DNA from: Selaginella moellendorffii
Lineage: Eukaryota > Plantae > Lycopodiophyta
Length of the DNA: 64,000 nt
NCBI RefSeq assembly: GCF_000143415.4
Contig: NW_003314304.1
Location: forward strand, 1,416,841-1,480,840
Direction of reading: 5' to 3'
The translations under genes were made by a program, and so were the position numbers. Shown here piece by piece: positions 58,997-64,000 of this stretch. The notes below the pieces were generated by a model. The model had not been told where the DNA came from. It was given only the letters and a program-made list of their open reading frames with translations, and did not search any database. Numbering within the stretch: position 1 is the first letter of the stretch; each line of letters begins with the position of its first letter.

Positions 58997-59161
58997 ATGA
59001 TCTTAAGACGCTGTTTTCTTGTGAGAATCGGTGCTCCTCCTCCCCAGCACCATGCATTTGATGATTCCACGCCACCATTTGTCTCGTCATATGCTCACTG
59101 CCGCTGTTCTTCCTCTGCTTCCAGAGCACAGGCGCCAGAAAACTTTGAAGAGGCATTGTGA
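58997..59161 (+). promoter_or_regulatory. 54-codon upstream ORF in the predicted PHO1 5' leader exon
   Basis: ATG 2 nt after the acceptor at 58994; reads MILRRCFLVRIG...FEEAL*. A second uAUG lies at 59052. Confidence 0.5.
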
Positions 59162-59248
59162 ACTTGACACCATTTCCTCCAGGTATTTCATCTCTTGTTT
59201 GATCGTTTTCTTGACGATGTTCGCCTCAGGTAATCCAAGCTTTCAGGC

Positions 59249-62089
59249 ATGGTGAAGTTCCAGAAGCAGCTGGAGAGCCAGCTCGTCCCAGAGTGGCGGG
59301 TGAAGTACTGCGACTACAAGCAGCTCAAGAAAGCTGTCAAGAGAATCAAAAACCAGATCCTACATACCAAGAACCAGCAACACAAGGTGTTCGATCCAAA
59401 TGTCTTCTCGGTTGACAAGAGCAAGCTTCAAAACTTGCTGCAAAATCCCAGCGCCATTCTGAGCAGCTGCTGCGAACAATCCATATCCTCGGAAACGTCC
59501 ATGGTTTGTGATGATGTTCTGGACTGTAAAGACAAAACAAAACACTTCAATATGATCAGGTTGTGCACAAGACGAGAACTGGAGATGGCGAGGATTTTTA
59601 CGAGACGGAGCTGTTCGGAACTCGATCGGATCACGAAAAGAGCTTCTTTTTCGGCCTTGACGATCAGCTCAACAAAGTGGACAAGTTTTTTAGATGCAAG
59701 GAAGACGAGTACGATGCTCAAGCACAGCAACTTCACATCCAAATGGAAGAGCTCATCGCTATGCAAGGTTCGTTATAAGCCTCTAATTCTGTAGCACTTA
59801 ACTTGGAATCGTTTGATCTCTGCCATGTTGTAGATGACGAATCTCAGAGCTTGAAGGGGAGCCCCGGCAACAAAGGAAAGGTTCAGCGAGCAGCCAAGAT
59901 GCTCCAGACGGCCTTTGTCGAATTTTATCGTGGGCTTCGACTCCTAAGAAACTTCAGGTGAATGACCTCTAGATCCATGTTCTCAAAGTGTTGAAAACTT
60001 ACTTGGCAGCTCCTTGAACATGATGGCATTCGTCAAGATCCTCAAGAAATTTGACAAGGTACTTATGGAAAATGGCAAATTACTGCAGACTTCTAAAAAG
60101 GTTTTTTAAATTCTCAGGTGACTGGACAGAATGCGTCTGGCAGTTATCTGAAGATGGTCGAAAACTCGCATTTTGCAACGTCGGACAAGGTGTGAAGAAA
60201 TTTTCCTTTGAGGGTCTTGCTGATGGGATTTCATTGCTCCAATGCACTCCAGGTAGTAAAGTTTATGGACCGTGTAGAGAGAGTGTTCACTCTGCACTTT
60301 ACGAAAGGCAACCGAAAGCAAGCCATGGCATATCTCAGGCCCATACACTCTGCGAGCAATCATGGAAATATAAACTTTATCCTGGGTAAGAGCAGGATAT
60401 CCATTTCATTCATTCGGATCGTCGTTATTAATTAACCTTCTTCTATTAAAATCTATAGGCCTCTTCAGTGGTTGCTCCTGGAGTCTCCTAGCAGCGTTTG
60501 TGTTAATCCTTGTGCTTGGAAACAAGGACGGGATCACAACGAAGTACATACAAGCAGTCTTCCCCGTGTTCAGGTAAACAGTGCCATACTTTTATGAAAA
60601 GTTTTGTATGTTTCCGAGTTCTTTTGTTTCTTACAGCACACTTTTCTTGTTCGTGCTACACTTGTACATGTATGGATGGAACATTTACGTCTGGAAGCAG
60701 GTTCGCATCAACTACACCTTCATTTTCGAGTTTTCACCCAAGCAGGAGCTCAGACACCAAGACGTGCTTCTCCTCAGCACGGGCTTGACAACTCTTATCA
60801 TAATCGGAATGATCTTTCATCTCGCAACTTACACAGTTACTCACGTTGATAGCGAAATCATCGCGCTCGTTGTCTTCCTGGTGCCAATACTCTCCATTAG
60901 CTTGAATTGTTCGTCAATATTTATGTAACTTGGTTCTTTCCATGGACAGCTCCTCATCCTTCTCTTAATTTGCCCCTTGGATATTTGCTACAAATCGTCA
61001 CGAGCAGCGTTCCTCAGGTGTACTTGGCGAATTATCTCTTCTCCCTTGTTTAAGGTAAGACATGTTCTAAGATATCTCCTTAGCCACTGTTCGCGTTTTT
61101 TACAGGTCGTCTTTGCGGACTTTTTCCTTGCTGATCAACTCACTAGCCAGGTCTGTGTTTAGAAACTAGTAATCCTAGACTTACAAATGTAAATCGCATC
61201 AGGTGCCTGCTTTGCGAAACCTTGGGTATATCTCCTGCTACTACGGAGGTGGCTTTTTTAGAACAAGAAACACCGGAGCTTGTACAAAGAGCACATTGTT
61301 TAAGTCCTTCCAGTACCTTATCTCGGTGCTTCCATACTGGTGGCGACTAATGCAGGTAATCAATCATAGCGAATACCTTATAGAAGTACCACCATATCCT
61401 TTGCTTATTGTATCTCATGTGATAATGTTGCAAACTTTGGCAGTGCTGGAGGAGATGGATGGACGAGCACGACACTGCACACATTGCAAATGGTGGAAAG
61501 TATCTCTCGGCGCTAATTGCTGTTGTGGTCCGGCTCACGTACTCTCGAATCAAGTCGGACTTCTGGCTGGGCATCTTCGTGATTTCATCCATCTTTGCGA
61601 CAGTGTACCAGTTATACTGGGATATTGTGGTGGATTGGGGGCTTCTCCAGCCAAAGTCTTTCAACCCATGGCTGAGAGACCAACTGATTCTCAAGCGCAA
61701 GATCACGTACTTCCTTTCCATGGTAACATCTTTCTGTTTTAAGTTTGACCTTATAAGTCCAGGAAATGCAGGCTTTGAACGTGATACTGAGGCTGGCATG
61801 GATTTACTCCGTGACTCATCCTCCTGGGACAGAGATTGAGCTCATGATAATAGACTTGTTTTTTGCAGCGCTTGAGGTGATCCGACGAGGGCATTGGAAT
61901 TTCTACAGGTGAGAATTTTTATGCTGTAGCTTTCTAAAAATTTTGGATGTGTGTCATTTCTGACATTGCTAATATTTCTATTTTCAAATATTCAGATTGG
62001 AGAACGAACACCTCAACAATGTTGGCAGATACAGGGCAGTGAGAGCGGTGCCATTGCCCTTCAAACAAATGGATGACACTTTAGCTTAA
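59249..62089 (+). CDS. PHO1: SPX-EXS phosphate exporter PHO1 family
   Basis: [26 protein letters not shown] and [10 protein letters not shown] (SPX); [30 protein letters not shown] and HWNFYR|[10 protein letters not shown] (EXS). Confidence 0.95.
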
Positions 62090-62292
62090 AACATGCTAAC
62101 ACAATTTTAGTTAGTCAACACCTTGTTGAAAACCAAAAAATAATAAACTCCTTTCTTTTAAAAACATTATATATACATTGTTTTTATTTTTGGTTGCTAG
62201 TATGATGATTTAATTAGAATATACTTGAGTACATGCTTTGATTATTATTCATTCAAAAAAACTTTCTGATATTTATTTATGCATACTAGTAC

Positions 62293-62465
62293 TGTGAGTG
62301 CCTGGAATATGGAAAGGGAATACAGAAATGTGCATATCAATTAGCCCAAAAACCCTAGCTTATATACAGGAGCAGTGGTCCCGATTGAAACCAATCCGAC
62401 GGCTACCAAAATCCACTACGCTAATATTAGTATACGGCATCGTAGCCATACACTTGGCCCTCACA
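62293..62465 (-). mobile_element. 3' LTR (173 bp) of a Ty3/gypsy element
   Basis: TG...CA with inverted termini TGTGAGtGCC / GGCcCTCACA. The polypurine tract GAGAGGAGGGGATGA (62466-62480, minus strand) lies between the integrase stop and the LTR. Confidence 0.85.
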
Positions 62466-62497
62466 TCATCCCCTCCTCTCGGAATAATGGAAGGCCG

Positions 62498-64000
62498 TCA
62501 GGGTTCTCTTGTAGATGGGCCGGGATCTGGAGGAACGTCAGGAGGAGGCATCGGCGGATCTGTAGACGGTATTAACTGCTCCTGATCCCTTTGTATGAAG
62601 CGTTTTAACCGCTGCACATGCACAATCTCCGGAGGATCGGCCTGCTGAATGTCATGCCGAACCTCATAAACTTGCGGTCCAACTTGCCGCAACACCCGAT
62701 ACGGTCCTTTCCACTGCGCAAGGAGCCCCTTAGACAAACCACGTACTGTAAGATGGGGAAAACGGACTAACACCAAATCATCCACTTTGTACTCCGCAGG
62801 TGGACGATGATAGGAGTTGTAGCGCCGTTGTTGTCCCACTTGTATGCGGCCTAAGTGTTCGGCAGACTCTGCTCGGACAAGTGGAAGAATGCTTGTCAAA
62901 TACTGATCCCATGACCTAACATCAGGAGCTCGTGGCAATCGCGAAGGTAAACCCAGCTTTGTTGGTAATATTGGATCATGACCATATAGAAGTTTATATG
63001 GTGAAGCACCAACAGAACTTTGCACCCCTGTGACATAGGCATACCGAAGAGATGGCAAATAACCATCCCAATCCGAATGCTGAAAGTTCACATACTTCGC
63101 AATCATCCCTTTGAATGTCCGAACGAGCCGTTCCACCAGACCGTCTGATTGTGGATGATAAGCACTTGTAAAAGTGTGGCGTATCCCCAACCGAGATGTC
63201 AAAACATGAAATACCTCAGCCATAAATGCAGGACCATTATCCGAAAGAATCCGCTCTGGACAAGAATGCTGGAACACCACTCGATTGAGGAGGAAGTATC
63301 CAACAGCAGTTGCAAAGGCGCTAGCAAGAGCACCAACTTCCACCCAACGAGTCAAGTAGTCAGAAGCAATAATAACATACTCATTGCCAGTAGTCGATCG
63401 TGGAAAAGGTCCCATAAGATCAAACGCCACCAACTCAAACGGACGGGAAACTGCAAATGACTCCAACCGTCCTTCTGCAGCACAAGGGGGAGTATTACGA
63501 GCTTGGCACCAAACGCAGCTACGCACATACCAGATAATATCACGTCGCATCTCCGGCCAATAGAAAGACCTGCGCAGCTTCTCGGTGACACGACGGTGTC
63601 CCATATGCCCACCTAGAACAGGAGAATCATGGTAGGCATGGAGAAACCGCGGAATAAACACCGAAGGCACCACCAACCGTAAATGATCATCAGGATCCGT
63701 CCCCACAAAATAAAGAAGGCCATCTTCAAGGCGATATTGAGAATGTAAATGCCGGAAAGGCAAGTCATCAGCAAGTGATGCAGGATTCTCAAACCCATCT
63801 CGAAGCCTTCGAATCCACGGCTCAATCTTTTGAGCCTCATGAACCTCATCAAGAGAAGGTAGATCTTGCTCTGCGCCCTGTGGACACTGAACGTCAAGGA
63901 CAGCAACCGCCGACGGTACAGAATCCTCATCTAGAAAATCCACAGATGCTGGAACAACAGGTTCGTCAGAAACATGAGAAGTGAGTGGAGAAGGAAGAGG
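62498..64000 (-). mobile_element. Ty3/gypsy pol integrase, open frame, continues beyond the window
   Basis: HHCC zinc finger (HDSPVLGGH...CVWC), DDE core (FDLMGP, SDNG, GLVER) and GPY motif (WKGPY). No chromodomain. Confidence 0.92.

Overview
Eukaryotic nuclear DNA from a compact-genome land plant. Introns of about 50-70 nt, very short intergenic gaps and PLS-class PPR genes suggest the lycophyte Selaginella (inference, not checked). The left ~26 kb is mostly decayed sequence: a tandem array of miniature LTR elements (TRIM-like), a LINE relic, two Ty1/copia relics (one with a ~450-bp inverted repeat), a truncated Helitron, and pseudogenes of PPR, DXR, F-box-like genes and a partial SGR2 copy, all around one intact SGR2 phospholipase gene. 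The region ~26.5-62 kb is a dense gene array: tetra-ubiquitin (Thr28 variant), an orphan protein with two PIN-like domains, a PLS-E PPR, a UDP-glycosyltransferase, MED21, a HAL2-like PAP phosphatase, two divergent RluA/PUS6 pseudouridine synthases, an orphan membrane protein, an F-box-like/PPR-like protein, an aldose-1-epimerase, a PHR1-like MYB-CC factor, a 1.4-kaa TORNADO1-like LRR-Roc-COR protein, KLHDC4 and SPP pseudogenes, and PHO1 with tandem P1BS sites and uORFs. The window ends in the 3' end of a Ty3/gypsy element. The best candidates for something undescribed are the tandem PIN-like orphan next to a PPR gene, the ROCO receptor-like gene, the F-box/PPR-like ORF, the TRIM array and a mirtron-like hairpin. 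All domain calls come from reading motifs by eye, without searches. Multi-exon genes are given as first-to-last coding base.
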